A stretch of 64,000 nt of DNA, from the NCBI GenBank assembly GCA_965112155.1, contig OZ218104.1; one strand, given 5' to 3'. Source of the DNA: Podarcis liolepis. Taxonomy: Eukaryota. The notes beneath the pieces were generated by a model. The model was not told where the DNA came from, searched no databases, and saw only the letters and a list, made by a program, of their open reading frames with translations. The translations under genes were made by a program, and so were the position numbers. Below, in pieces: positions 47,419 through 59,964 of this stretch (position 1 is its first letter; the number at the start of each line of letters is the position of its first letter).

Positions 47419-49511
47419 ATGTTTACCTATAAAGGGTGGGTGTAAGATAAGATGGTAAGATAAAAAATGTAGGTGTAGCCCTCTCTGCCCGGAATGCCAT
47501 CAGCTGTAGCTATTGTAGGACTGATTCCCACCTCCAGTTAACACAAGGAACCCACTTAAGCCATTGGAATGGCCTTTGTCAGGCAAACGATGGAATCACC
47601 ATGCTCCAGACTTTGTCCTTGGTGAGAGCTGTCTGCCTGTCTCTGACCCAGATGGGACATAATCTCCATCTGCACCTTGGAGCCTGCAATCAGGAGTGAA
47701 TATTATTATTGGCGTTGCAGAGTCCAGAATGCCACACTGTCTGCAGAAACATTCCTGAGGCCCAGAAATTGGTGACTGATGGGACTTTGGCTGGGCCTAC
47801 CCAACAGGATGCCTGTGTTCACTGCACTTTTTAAATGGATTTATTTACATATCCCTTGCTATTCCTTTTACCTTTTTGTATTCCTTTTTGTATCCTGTTT
47901 GTGGCTCATACAGACCATGGGATTTGCATTGGTTTTGTTTAAAAAATATGTACTGCATTTAGTGGTACATTCACCATAACAACCAAACACAGGCTAGTGG
48001 GCATAATAATATTTGTATTTCAGTTACAGCAGTTCTTTTTGAATGTACATGTATATGCTTATAAATTAGCATGCACCCATTTTATGCAAACCTTGGTCGT
48101 TTTGGGAGCAGAACACCACTGCAAAATTCAGAGAAGTGCACATTTTGAAAAACGGCTTTGTTTTGGTTTGCATTTCTGAAATGTGATTCACCTTTAAATG
48201 TGATCTGAATCAAATATCTCCCCCATTCTTACCTTGGACCAGTCGCTATAAGTTCTTATTGTGAAATCAGTACTGCCCATGCAGGCAAAATTCTGTTTTC
48301 CACCCCCTCCAGCATCTACATAATATTACCAGCATCAAAATGCCTGCCCGTGTTTCTCCCCATCCATTCAGTCAGGATTTACCCTTGGTGCAGAAAATCC
48401 AATAAGTTACTTTACAGAAATACAAAACTGGAATAATTTGCAGTGTGAAATCCCCATCTGGAAGCCCCTGATCTCTCACCACCATTTACATCACAGGGTT
48501 GTTGTGAGATTAAACTTGGCAAAAGAAGAAGTGGCATGTGACATTACCCTGCACTCCTTGCAAGAAGAATAAAAATGTTAAACATACAAAAAAATAAAGC
48601 ATTGGGGTGTTTATCTGATATGTCAGGCTGTTTTCCTTGCCCCCTCATTCCCCTTCTGTTTATGGAGAGATATAAGCCTTATGCAGTAATCGCAAGCCAA
48701 GGTTCCCCATGTATTAAGCGGGGGAAATCCACAGATGCAAACGGCAATCCGCACACAACTTGAATGTTGAAATCCTGCTTCGCAAATAGGCCTGATTGCT
48801 CAATGTGTGATCAAGCCATCAACTAAGCCCGCTTGTCTCGTGCTCTCGGAGACTAATGATGATGGGAGTCACGTGCTGCTCAGAGCGATCATGTGGTCCC
48901 CCGGCCATTGGAGACATCCCGCACGTATTGGCTCTGTCAGCAGGAACCGTTTTAAGACGTGCAAACAGTAGCTGTCAACAAGAGGCAAGGCTGCCCTTGT
49001 TTAACTAATCACCGGAAGCAGAGGAGATTTGCAACTGTTACCTCTTGCGTTCATGACAGTGGAGAGGCCGCCATTTGGCCAAGACCACCCAAAGAAGCCT
49101 AAGAGGCAAGCCTCCATCCCAGCTGCCACAAACTATCTCCTCACCCATGGCTAACATCAGAGGTTGGCACCGTCAAGATATTACTGGAGTCCTGACCCAT
49201 TAAGTCCGGGAGGGGGAACTTTTTTCAACTGCCCTGGAAAAACTGGGACATCTTGTTTTTCCCCACAAGAGCACGGTGGCCATTTGGGGCACCTTGCTCT
49301 TGCATGATTTCAGGCCAAGATCTCTCCCTGGGAAAATCTTATGCAGTTCACGTGACTCACACAGGATTTTGGACCCAGATTTTTGGGCCACATCATTTTG
49401 GAGGGTATGAGGCCGTATTCTCTTCTGGGGGGGTTGCATGCCATTGATGGGCATGGCTAGAGGCAAAAGAGGGTGAAACAACAAATGTTGATTTTACCTT
49501 CAAGCTATAGG

Positions 49512-49913
49512 CTTAGCTGTCAACCGTCCCTTATTTGGCGGGAAAGGGAGGGAGGGCGAGGGAGGAGGGAGGCTCCAACTGTGTTGCTTGGTTGCATTGC
49601 TCACCCAATAAGGAGTCTAAGAACGACGGGGTGGAGCTTGCATGCCTTGTGCCAATCAAATCGGCCACGTTGCCTGGGGACTCGCCTTTGCTCAGCGCTT
49701 CCCAGTAGAGAGGTGACGGTGGTTTCCCTTGCTGCATCCCCCTTGCCAGGTTGCTGTGCTGTGGGAACCACCGCTTGAGGCTTCGTTTGGCTGCTGGCTA
49801 GGCTTTTTGCCTTTGGCTTGGAGGGGCTCAGAAGTTGAATATACCTGTGCTTGGAAAATCCCTTATTTTGGCTGCTGATCCCTTATTTTCAAATCTGTAA
49901 CTTGACAGCTATG
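49512..49913. mobile_element. Non-autonomous hAT DNA transposon
   Basis: TIR (CT)TAGCTGTCAA / TTGACAGCTA(TG); perfect 8-bp TSD GCTATAGG (49504-49511, 49914-49921); subterminal TCCCTTATTT repeats. Confidence 0.8.
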
Positions 49914-49933
49914 GCTATAGGCTAGTTTCTATA

Positions 49934-50175
49934 CAGTGGTACCTTGGGTTACATACTCTTCAGGTTACATATGCTTCAGGTTACAGACTTCGCTAACCCA
50001 GAAATATTACCTCAGGTTAAGAACTTTCCTTCAGGATGAGAACAGAAATCGTGCAGCGGCAGCACAGTGCCAGCAGGAGGCCCCATTAGCTAAAGTGGTG
50101 CTTCAGGTTAAGAACAGTTTCAGGTTAAGAACAGACCTCCGGAACGAATTAAGTAATTAACCCGAGGTACCACTG
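49934..50175. mobile_element. Tigger/pogo-like MITE (copy 2)
   Basis: TIR CAGTGGTACCTTGGGTTA/TAACCCGAGGTACCACTG, TA flanks. Confidence 0.88.
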
Positions 50176-50314
50176 TACATGCTCACACACCACATTTATT
50201 TATTTATTTATTTATTTACTTACTTACAGTACTTACAATATCTCTATACGTCCAATAGAAAACATTATCTGAGCAGGTAGCGGTGAATAATAATGGTAAA
50301 ATAATAGCAACCAT

Positions 50315-50460
50315 AAAGTGGGATCCTGCAACCTGGGGCTCTCCAGATGTTGTTGGACTACAACTCCCGTCAACCTTAGTCAGCATGGCTAACAGTCAAG
50401 GATGATGGGAGTTGTAGTCCAACAACATCCGGAGGTTGCTAGGTTGGGGACGGCTGCCTT
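50315..50460. mobile_element. Palindromic hAT-type MITE (ACTACAACTCCC family)
   Basis: CCAGATGTTGTTGGACTACAACTCCC / GGGAGTTGTAGTCCAACAACATCCGG inverted arms. Confidence 0.75.
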
Positions 50461-52021
50461 AAAGTATGGAAATAAAACATATAAACAGGAAAAAGCAGCA
50501 GCAGAATAATACCAAAATAAAATAAAACCAGCAACTGGTGATAACAATAGTGAAAAGGATTTGAAAATCCCTAAATGCTTTTTAAGTCCGACACGCCTGG
50601 CATAGGAAGGTGGTCTTCACTTAATGGGCCTCTCAAAAAGGCTATGAAAATCTCAATAGGATAGCTGTGTTGATTGCATAGGGACTATCCAGGTTTAGGG
50701 AGGAGGAAGTGTGGGACAGCAGTAGGTGGAGAATGAAAATCAAACTCTTCTATGAGCAAATTAATCTGTCCCTTTGGCCCTAGTATCTACTAGTGCACTT
50801 AATAACACAAAGCACTGCTCACATAGTGTAGAATCAATACTCAGGCCAGAGAAGAGCCCTCCCCCCTCACCCCAGCATTTAAGGTGATATATTAATGCTC
50901 CGTCTGCAGTATTTTATCAGTGCTGATTGACACAAAAGTCATTGCTTGATACTGCCATCAGGAACATTCAGGCTATCTGCACCATACCTTTTAGCTCTTA
51001 TCACCTTGGAAACTTGCTTTTTTGTGTGTGTACTGGTTGATTACATCTTAAAAGCATTCAAGGGTTTGTTCATGGAAATTAGGAAAAGCAAAAGATAAGC
51101 TTTGGAAGAGTTGATCTTTTTACTTTAAAGCAATCATTTGCAAGATTTCAGCTCCTGCCATACAATTGTCAAAATGTGTTGTACTTGCAAGCACACAACT
51201 GCAAGATATGTAGAATCAGAAACATGTAAACTCATCTAGCTCAGTAGTTTTCTATGCTGCTGGTAGTGTTGAGACTTCAGGCTTTTTTTAGAAGCCAGAG
51301 AGCCCAGTGCAAAGCAGTGGCTTAGCTGGCTGGACATATGCTAAGAATAAATGGACAGGGTGCCTCTGAGCATGTGCTCATCACAGGAATATTCTATCCA
51401 TGCCAGAAACAAGGTTAAAAAGCTCCATTCCTTGTTTTCTGTTTCAGAAACCTCATTTAGGAGAGTTTTGTGTGCCTTAATAGTAAGTTATGGATATTGT
51501 TAGATAACCCAGAATAGAAACCCTTGCAAATCAGATTCAAAAACCTACCAGTAGCTTCTGAACTACTTTCTGCCCATCTACATACACTGCCTGGAGGCAG
51601 CTCTCCAGGTTTCAAGACAGGTTCCTTTCCCAGTCCAAGCAGGAGAAGCCAGGAACTGAATGGGAGGGCTTCCTTCTACATCAGGGGTGGATAACCACCT
51701 TGGCTCCACAGGTCAGAGCCCTATCAGAGCCAGCCTTGCAATGGGCCGAATGTGACAGGTAGTCAGGAGCCCTGAAGCTTTTGATCTACCCTCCATCAGC
51801 TGATGGGAGGTAGGGTCGAAGTTGGCTTCCCTTTGCCTATGCGTGATCAGGAGCACACTTTAAAGTTCCCAAATGTGCATTTGCAGCCACTAAACTAACT
51901 GGCCCATACCTAACATCAGTTACAGGGCAAATGGAGAAAGCAGCCTCATAGACCAAATTTGAATCCTAGGTTCCCCAGCCCTGTTTGACATTTATTTTAT
52001 TGATGCTAACAAAATTCAATA

Positions 52022-52247
52022 CAGTGGTACCTCGGGTTACATACGCTTCAGGTTACAGACTCCGCTAACCCAGAAATAGTACCTTGGGTTAAGAACTTTG
52101 CTTCAGGATGAAAACAGAAATCATGCTCCGGTGGCGTGGCGGCAGCGGGAGGCCCCATTAGCTAAAGTGGTGCTTCAGGTTAAGAACAGTTTCAGGTTAA
52201 GAATGGACCTCCGGAATGAATTAAGTACTTAACCCGAGGTACCACTG
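52022..52247. mobile_element. Tigger/pogo-like MITE (copy 3)
   Basis: Perfect TIR CAGTGGTACCTCGGGTTA, TA flanks. Confidence 0.9.
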
Positions 52248-52249
52248 TA

Positions 52250-52810
52250 TACCACTCAATTGTAAAACAAACAAACAATCAAACTTCTAAGTGATTTAAA
52301 ATATAAAATAAATCATAAAAACTATCAGTAAAACATAGTTTCAAACAGGTATTTAAAATATGTTTAAAATGATTAAAATCAGCACTAGCTAAAAAAATAA
52401 AATAAACACATGTCTGGATAGGCTTGCCTAAACAAAAATGTTTTCAGCAGGCACCAGAAAGAGTACAACACAGGAGCCTGGCTGGTGTCAATAGGCAGGG
52501 AGTTCCATAGGTGCTGCCACACGGAAAGACTGATTTCTATCAATTGCAGAAGGAAAATTATCTGGCATCTGCAACAGTGCCAGTTCTGCTGAACAAAGTG
52601 GTTGAGGGGGCATATATGTGGTAAGGCGAACCTGCAAGTAAACTAGTCCCAAGCAATTAAGGGCTTTATCTATTAACAGTAACCCATAGGCAACCAGCAG
52701 GTGTTATATGCTGACAGGTTCTCACTGCTGTCAGCAACCATGCTGCAGCGTTCTGTGCTAACTGCAGATCAAGCCCAAGGGCAGCCCCACGTAGAGTGCA
52801 CTGCAGTAAT
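52250..52810 (-). mobile_element. Degraded L2-clade LINE fragment
   Basis: Minus-strand translation LQLAQNAAAWLLT..HITP is an L2 RT motif; an A-rich 3' UTR remnant follows. Confidence 0.65.
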
Positions 52811-54603
52811 CCAGCCTTGAGACACACTTTCTCTCCCTGAGCTACAGGCCTTCCTAAAATATGACCAGCTTTGCACTGGGATGGCTTGCATGTTGCCTTA
52901 TCCAAATGGGAGGCCCATTTTAAGCAGAGCCCCCACAGGGCTGTTACACTTTGGCGGCCAGTCGCATATGAGGTTTGAAATGCCATTGAGCTCTGCTCTT
53001 ATCTACCACTAACCAGATGAGTTTTGCACTCGTAGCAGCACGGAACATTCTCTGCCTTGCTTCATGTCTGCTCACCGCTGATAAAAAGTTTGTTATCCCA
53101 GAAGCTCTTACAAAACTGGTGTTGAGTAACTCCTGCGAACCGAGAGCCTTGGGATGGAAAAATCCTTGGATGCTGGTCCTCAAAGCTACTTCTAGCCCTT
53201 TCGCCCCTCCATCAAACCCAAACATCCATGGCCTGCATCAGGCTGCTGGCCAAAGGAGACCCCAAAGGAATGGCCCATTGTAGGCATGCCCATTGTAGGC
53301 ATCTCAGCCAGGGTTGCAGTTAGGGATAGGAGGCAGGGAGACATTCAACACACATTTAGAGGAGGAGGGGGCTACTATTGGCTACTGGTATCTGAACATC
53401 AGTTGCTGAAAACCACAGTGGGAGCCGGTAAGTGCTCTTGTGTTCAAATCTTGCTCACAGGTTTCCCAAACGAGGCTTCTGATTGGCCACTGAGATAATC
53501 AGAGGTAGGATGAGATGGGCCAGTGGGCTAACCCAGCAGGCTCTTCTTATGTTCTCCACCGTATATTTAATGCATATTCAAAGCATGTGACCCCGGCTGA
53601 AAGCTCGTCCTAACCACCTGAACATGACGAGGAACAACCCATTCACAGATCGCTGATGCTATAATGATAATTCACTTTTAAGGTGCCTTGTTTCAGCAGT
53701 CACAAGAGAGTCTTAGTGACTGCCTTAACAACAAGCCAAACAGGGAGGGCCAAGTGGCTGAGTAGGACTAGGAAGCAGACTGGCTTGTACTGGCGAGGGA
53801 GCAGCTGCAGCAGCTCTGCACAGGCACACCTGGGCCTGAGCTGCAAGCCTAAACTTTTATCTGGCAGGGTTGATATGGGGATAAGATAAGGCACTACTGT
53901 TCAGTCCATCCTGAACTGCTGCTAGGCTACAGCAAGGAAGAAATGGCTTTCAAAGAGGATTGGACAAATTCGTGGCGGATAAGGCTGTCGAGGACAGCTA
54001 CTAGTCACAGGGGTTATGCTCTGCTTTCGATTGTAGAGGCAGTAATGCTTCTGAATGCTGCTATCAGTTGCTGGAAAGCAGAGGGGAGAATGTTCTTGCA
54101 GTCTTCCCACAGGCATCTGTCTGGCCACTGTGAGTAACAGGATGGTGGCCAAGATGGACCATTGACCTGTTCCAGCAGGCTCTTCTTCTGTTCTTAAATG
54201 TGACTGTCAACACACAGAATGATGGGTTCTAGGAGCCTCAGCCTGAACAAGGAAAACAGTCCCCCTGCTCCTGAACGTGAGAGATGTGGCTCAGTAGTTA
54301 AGCACGCTTGCTTTGTATGCTGAGTGTCCCAGGTTTGATCCCTGGCATCTCCAGGTAGGCCTGGACTAAACTCTCTGTCTCAAACCTTGGAAAGCCACTG
54401 CCAGTCAGGGTCTGACTCAGTACAAGGGCAGCTTCCTATGTTCCTAAATCCAGCTTTTCATCTTCTGTTGAAAACCAAGTTTGGTTCCAGAAGTGCACAT
54501 GGGGCCCCAAGTCTTGAAAGAAGCATGCTGTTGTACCCAATACAATAAGTTGGGCTGTTTGCGCGTACTTGTGGTTTCCACAAGTGTTTCTCCCATTCAA
54601 GGA

Positions 54604-54930
54604 TGTAAGAAAAAGCTTGCTGGATCAGGCCAGTGGCCCTTCTAGCAAAGCACCCTGTTCTCAGAGTGGCCAAACAGATGTTTGTGGGGAACCAGAAAGA
54701 TTCAACCCCAAGAGCCCTCTTCCCTCCTGTGGTTTTCACCACCTGGTATCCAGAAGCATTGCTGATTCCACCTGTGGCATCAGAGCACAGCTGTTCAGGC
54801 TAATAGTCCTCTCCTCTGTGAATTTGTCTAATCACTCTTTTAAAGCCATCCAAGTTGGCAGCCATCATTGTCTCCTGTGGGAGCGCATTCCATAGTTTAA
54901 CTATGTGCTGCACGGAGAAGCACTTTCTTT
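54604..54930 (-). mobile_element. CR1-type LINE 3' end
   Basis: Minus translation FSVQHIVKLWNALPQETMMAANLDGFKR; 3' UTR ...ctgatccagcaagc...cttac. The same family occurs at ~53940-54196 (+), 60697-60985 (-) and 62228-62492 (-). Confidence 0.75.
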
Positions 54931-55044
54931 TGCAAATGTGTCCACAGGCTCGAAGACGGTTGGCAACCCCTGGTTTCACTGATGTAGGCAAGAACTCAGT
55001 TTAAAAACAAGCAGGACAGATGTTTGGAAAAACCAAAAGGCAAC

Positions 55045-55050
55045 TTTATT
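55045..55050 (-). terminator. SESN2: Candidate distal SESN2 polyadenylation signal (AATAAA)
   Basis: AATAAA preceded by TGTA motifs and U-rich sequence and followed by T-rich sequence on the minus strand, ~4.5 kb after the stop. Confidence 0.55.
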
Positions 55051-57968
55051 TCTCAAAAAAACAAACAAGAACTGGTAGCAAAGTCACAACACTGGTACAG
55101 TCAAGAGTAAATACATTTTTTTAAACACACACACAACATAACTTATACGGAGCAGAGGTCCCGTCCAGGTTCCAGAGGCATCCAAGTCTGTACTGCTGGA
55201 GGGGTGGGGAAGGGGGAGTGGGAGGGAGCGAGGTCAGGAAGAGAGAGCGATGGTGTGCATGGACTGGGTTTTTGTTTTTTAAAAAAGTATACTTGATGGC
55301 ATGAGATTTGAGAATGGTCATTGCACAAAGACTGGGAGAAATGTGAAAGGTAGTGGCACATTCAGGCTAAAGTCACAGACACAGCCTGCTCTCTCAGGAT
55401 GTTGTGGGACCCTCTCCTCCCCCGCCCCACACTGCACCTCTCAAGGTGGAAACAGACAAAGCTCTCCTAGGAAAGACCCACCTGAAACAGGACACATGAT
55501 AGTCAATCAACAGAACTGCATTTGGATACGGATAGGACCAGGTTTTTCGCTCCTTAAGAAAAAGTGGCGAGTATCTAAATCAGCTCAAAAAACCGGCTTG
55601 GGAAGAAGAGGGGGGTGGCAGGGGGAAGTGAGGAAAAGATCAAAACCAGCTTGAATAAAGAGTCGAGGCCTGCTCAGCTCAGTTTAGTCACAGGCCAAGC
55701 TAGCCTTTGAATTTCACAGTGCATTTGCTGCCTTCATGTGCAATACTGCCGTGGGCAAAGAGAATGAGCCATTATGCTTAATGGGGGCTTTGTTTCTCCA
55801 GGGAAGCTGAGCAGCAGGCTACTCTGGGGAAGCCACTTCAAATGTATTCCCCCTGTGAAAAACGAGGGGGACGACTTAACCTTGAGTCCTTGCAGAGTGT
55901 GGCCTAGAGGTTTAGGTCCTTGCAGAGTCAAGGCCCCACCTTCCGCCTACAAACACCACCACAAGACTTGCTTTGCAGTGCAGGAAGTGTATGAATGTTA
56001 ACACACAGTGACCGTACAGTGTCTGGAAGCAGAGTTAACTAAGCAGCCAAACATAAACCCCAGCCTTTTTGTTTTTCCACCCAGGGAGCAATGTGTTTCA
56101 GTTAGAAGAAAGAATATCCTTTGCAGTCTCTCAAGGCATCTACAGAGTCAGTCTGGAAAGCCATGATCACTAGTATCTTGAGAATTTACAAAAGGGTGGC
56201 TAACCAGTGGTCCTCCAGATGTCGCTAGGAACCAATTCCCATCAGCCCCCAGCCAACATTGCCAAAGGGCCAGGAATGAAAGGAGTTAAAGTCCAAGAGT
56301 GTGTGGAGGACCACATGTTAATCACCCTGCTTTGAAAGTCAGCATATAAACACCAAAATCATTCTGATCTCTACCCAACCAGGTGAAATTTGAGAAATCC
56401 AAGGCTCCATACCAAATCTACTGTATTGGGACGGACGGATGGACTGGGAAGCCATGGGGCAGCCAATGTACCGCCTTCCAGAAGCTATGGACTACAACAC
56501 CCATCAGCCCCAGCCAACATGGCCAATGGTCCTACAATGTCTGTAGGGCACCATGTTGGCTATCTTAAAATACCAATTCATGTGCTGTAAAGCCAGTCAT
56601 ATGAGGTAGGCCCCAGCAAATGAATCCTCCTGTGTACCTTATCTTTGACCAACAAAGGTCGAAATACTGTTTTAGCTTCCCTGCCTATGCCAGCTCTGTG
56701 ATATCTTTACTTTTCCTAGAGCAGGAACTGGGGAACCTGTGGCCTTCCAGGTGTTGCTGGACTACAAATCTCATCATTCTTGAACATTGGCCATGTTGGC
56801 TGGCGGTTGATGGGAGTTGGGAGTCCAGCAACATACAGAGGGGTGCAGGTTCCCCATGCCCCACCTTAAGGCTTATAGAAACAATAAGCATATACTTCCA
56901 AAGTCTGGACTCATCACAGGGAGCTCCTAGGGCATATTTACAACATAACCAACTCAGAGGTAACATAGGCTCTCTCTGACCTGAGCAAACCAGGCCTGGG
57001 AGGCCAAGTCAAAGAGGCAGCACTAGCTTTCAATCAGCTCTGCACCACAACTCCCATCAACCCTAGTCTGCACAGCCTGGTTGGCCGAGGCTGATGGGAA
57101 CTCTACTCCAAAATAATCTGAAAGGCAACAGGTTGGGGAACACTAGGCTAGATTGAGCAACCTCTGCCCATGCCAGTCTTTCATATATTTCAGGAATGCT
57201 CCCTAGAGTCCTGTTCTTCTTACCAGTCAAGCCAACACAGGATTTCCATTACTAAAGTTTAAAAATGGGGGGGGGGGGGGGGAGAGGCACATATATACAG
57301 AACAACCAAAACAATCTTGCGGGCATACTCCAGGGGTTTGGTACACGCAATTTCATGGCAACAATCCAAGAGGTAAAAATTCAAGATTGTGAATATGAAA
57401 GGAGAAAGCGCCAGAACTTGATATGCATCTACACCACCTTTAGGTGTTAAAACCTTTTGAAATTATGGACATTTAGTTCCTTCTTGAAGTGTAAAAAAAC
57501 CACACCCACAAATGGGTTAGCAGTGGGGGGAGGGGGGAAGTAGCTTAAGAAACCCAACAAGAATGTGGTGTTGTTTGAAAAGTTATCTTTAAGGTTTGCT
57601 TTTTCACAGTTTAGTGATCTACTCTCTGACCAGGGAAATCAGTTAAGGCAGATACACAGTGGACACATGAAGAACGTGTGTGTGTGTGTGTGTGTGTTAA
57701 GCATAGGGCCTGAATAGGGTCTTTCTTGGCAGGGGGGAACCCTCCTAACTTGAGAGAGAGATGAAAAGCGCACAATGTAACATTAAGGCATGATGTTTAA
57801 ATGCTCTCCACTCTCCAGTGGTCAGTGCTCTTTAAATACTTCCACATATTCACATTTCTGGAGACTGTTTTGGCAACAGGTGAGGGTCTGCTCTAAACAT
57901 GCAAGAGAATGAGGTGGGAGAATGCAGCACACCACTTCAGCCAGCCAGAGAAGGATCACATTTTTTCC

Positions 57969-58100
57969 NNNNNNNNNNNNNNNNNNNNNNNNNNNNNNNN
58001 NNNNNNNNNNNNNNNNNNNNNNNNNNNNNNNNNNNNNNNNNNNNNNNNNNNNNNNNNNNNNNNNNNNNNNNNNNNNNNNNNNNNNNNNNNNNNNNNNNNN
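57969..58100. other. Assembly gap (132 N)
   Basis: Run of N. Confidence 1.
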
Positions 58101-59583
58101 AAGTAAAGGACTAGTATATCAGAGAGAGGGGGTTTAGTTGAGCCTGCTTCCTTCATGCTAGCTCTTTACCTACAGGGACATCTACTTATTTACTGTAGGA
58201 GAGCATTTAAAAATGGCACCTCACCTGCAATCTAAACTAGGGCAGAGCATTGCATGGTAAGTGTTACCACTTTATTCTATCGCACAAACAGATCAGGCCA
58301 ACCTCTTCTGAAAATGTTTGTTCAGCCCCCAACTCTGGGTCATCTAGGTGGGCCCATTGTTGCCTAATCAAAACACAGAGGAACTTGTGGACAGGGCCAG
58401 GAGGCAGAGAAAATAACAGCTCCATAAATGCCTAACACCCAAGTTCTGGGATCTGTGAGACAGCCTAAATGCATGCACACGCACACACACAAACAAAAGT
58501 TGGGAGATGATGCTTTTTTAAGGGAGGCAAGCACAGTTGGACATCCCTATCTATACCCCGATTTTCACAGGTGCAGCAGCCTTCTGTTCTGGATCTGGTC
58601 CTTAAGAATCTGTGTACTCCAAAACTGGTTTCCTCAGCTGAGAGATCTCTCCATCCCTGGCCAGGAGAGACCCTTGCATTTTGCCCATGTTGACAAGGTG
58701 AAAAGAAAAAGGAAAATCTGGCCAAACTTAATCACAACCTGGTATTCTTTTGCCCCGTGTGACCTCTTTTAAGCCAGTCGCCATATGGAGTGCAGTGATC
58801 TCAGGTAGGAAGCTAAGAAATGTAGTGTAGTCACCAAAATTGCAGTGGGGAAACTGCTTGTTTCATATTATTCTCAGGCCTCCCCCCACCTTCCAAAGCG
58901 TGACCTCCTCGAACATTCACAGTCCTACATTCAAAGTCCTGCAGCAGGTAGAGAAAGGAAAGCCTGACATTGCGGCAGAGAGATCTCTTTGGTTAATCAA
59001 GTCTTTGCCTCAGCTGGTCCAGCAGCGTTGTCGTTGCAAAGGACATGGCCACGAGATCCGACATTCATTGCACTAATCACCTACTGGGTAGGGGTGGGTG
59101 TGTAGGGGGAGGTATCTGAGAGTAGCCACAACAGGAAGCCACCACCAATTTCAACACATGACAGGCCAGCAAAAGGGCATTGGCAAAACGAGCCTTCCAA
59201 GATGGAGGCCGGAAGCCTGGCCATCCAAACATGACCACCCCTTTTCCCTGCTGGTGGCAGAGCCAACAAGCCACACAGCAGGAGGGGGGTGGCTCCCAAG
59301 TCTCAGCCGAGAAAGCCGGGGTTAGGCAAAGTTGGTTTTCACCGCACGTGTAGAGTTTGGTCTCCTGCACCGCCCTCCTTGGCCGGTCGCTTGGCAGGAG
59401 ATGCTCAGAACAGTGTCAGAAACGCCACACACAGCCCTCCAAAAAGTCACAGGGGGAGCAAGGTGACAAAAGTGTCTTTCGCAACGTAGTCCAGAAACAC
59501 GCCTTTGTGTGGAGGGGAAGGCTCCCCTGTCCAAAACAGCTGGCCTGCCCCCCTTAGGGACAGCAAGGGGGAGCAGAGTCCCG

Positions 59584-59670
59584 TCAGGTCATGTAGCGGG
59601 TGATGGCACGCAAGGCGTAGAGCAGGGCAGCCTGCATACGGGCCTCCAGCAGAAGCAGGTTGATATGCAC
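59584..59670 (-). CDS. SESN2: Sestrin-2, final coding exon ([28 protein letters not shown])
   Basis: Acceptor ccttccag| at 59670, TGA at 59586-59584; canonical sestrin C-terminus. Confidence 0.96.
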   Translation of the reverse strand: MHINLLLLEARMQAALLYALRAITRYMT

Positions 59671-59915
59671 CTGGAAGGTGAGAAGGGATAGGTCAGAATG
59701 GAAAGGGGCAGAGAACAGAGCAAACATGCCAAGGCCCAGCAGGGACTACCGCTGATGCCAGCCTGCGCCCTCCTTTTTAATTTTGTTTCCTTGGCAACTG
59801 GTGCTCCTTTCCCCGAGTTATAATCCCCTGATGTTTCCCTGGGGCATTATGGGAAATTTAAATGGTGACACCCAATGGAGCCTTGGCTCAGAGCTCAGCA
59901 TTGATTAGGAGAGCA

Positions 59916-59917
<2 letters not shown>

Positions 59918-59959
<42 letters not shown>
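59918..59959. repeat. (AT)21 microsatellite
   Basis: Direct reading. Confidence 0.95.

Positions 59960-59964
<5 letters not shown>

Noticed and set aside
48893-49670. ER-stress elements (CCAAT...CCAC)
   Set aside because: Spacing is N10 (48893-48911) and N8 (~49652-49669, inside a transposon), not the required N9.
57899-58156. ORFs containing X runs
   Set aside because: Artefacts of the N gap.
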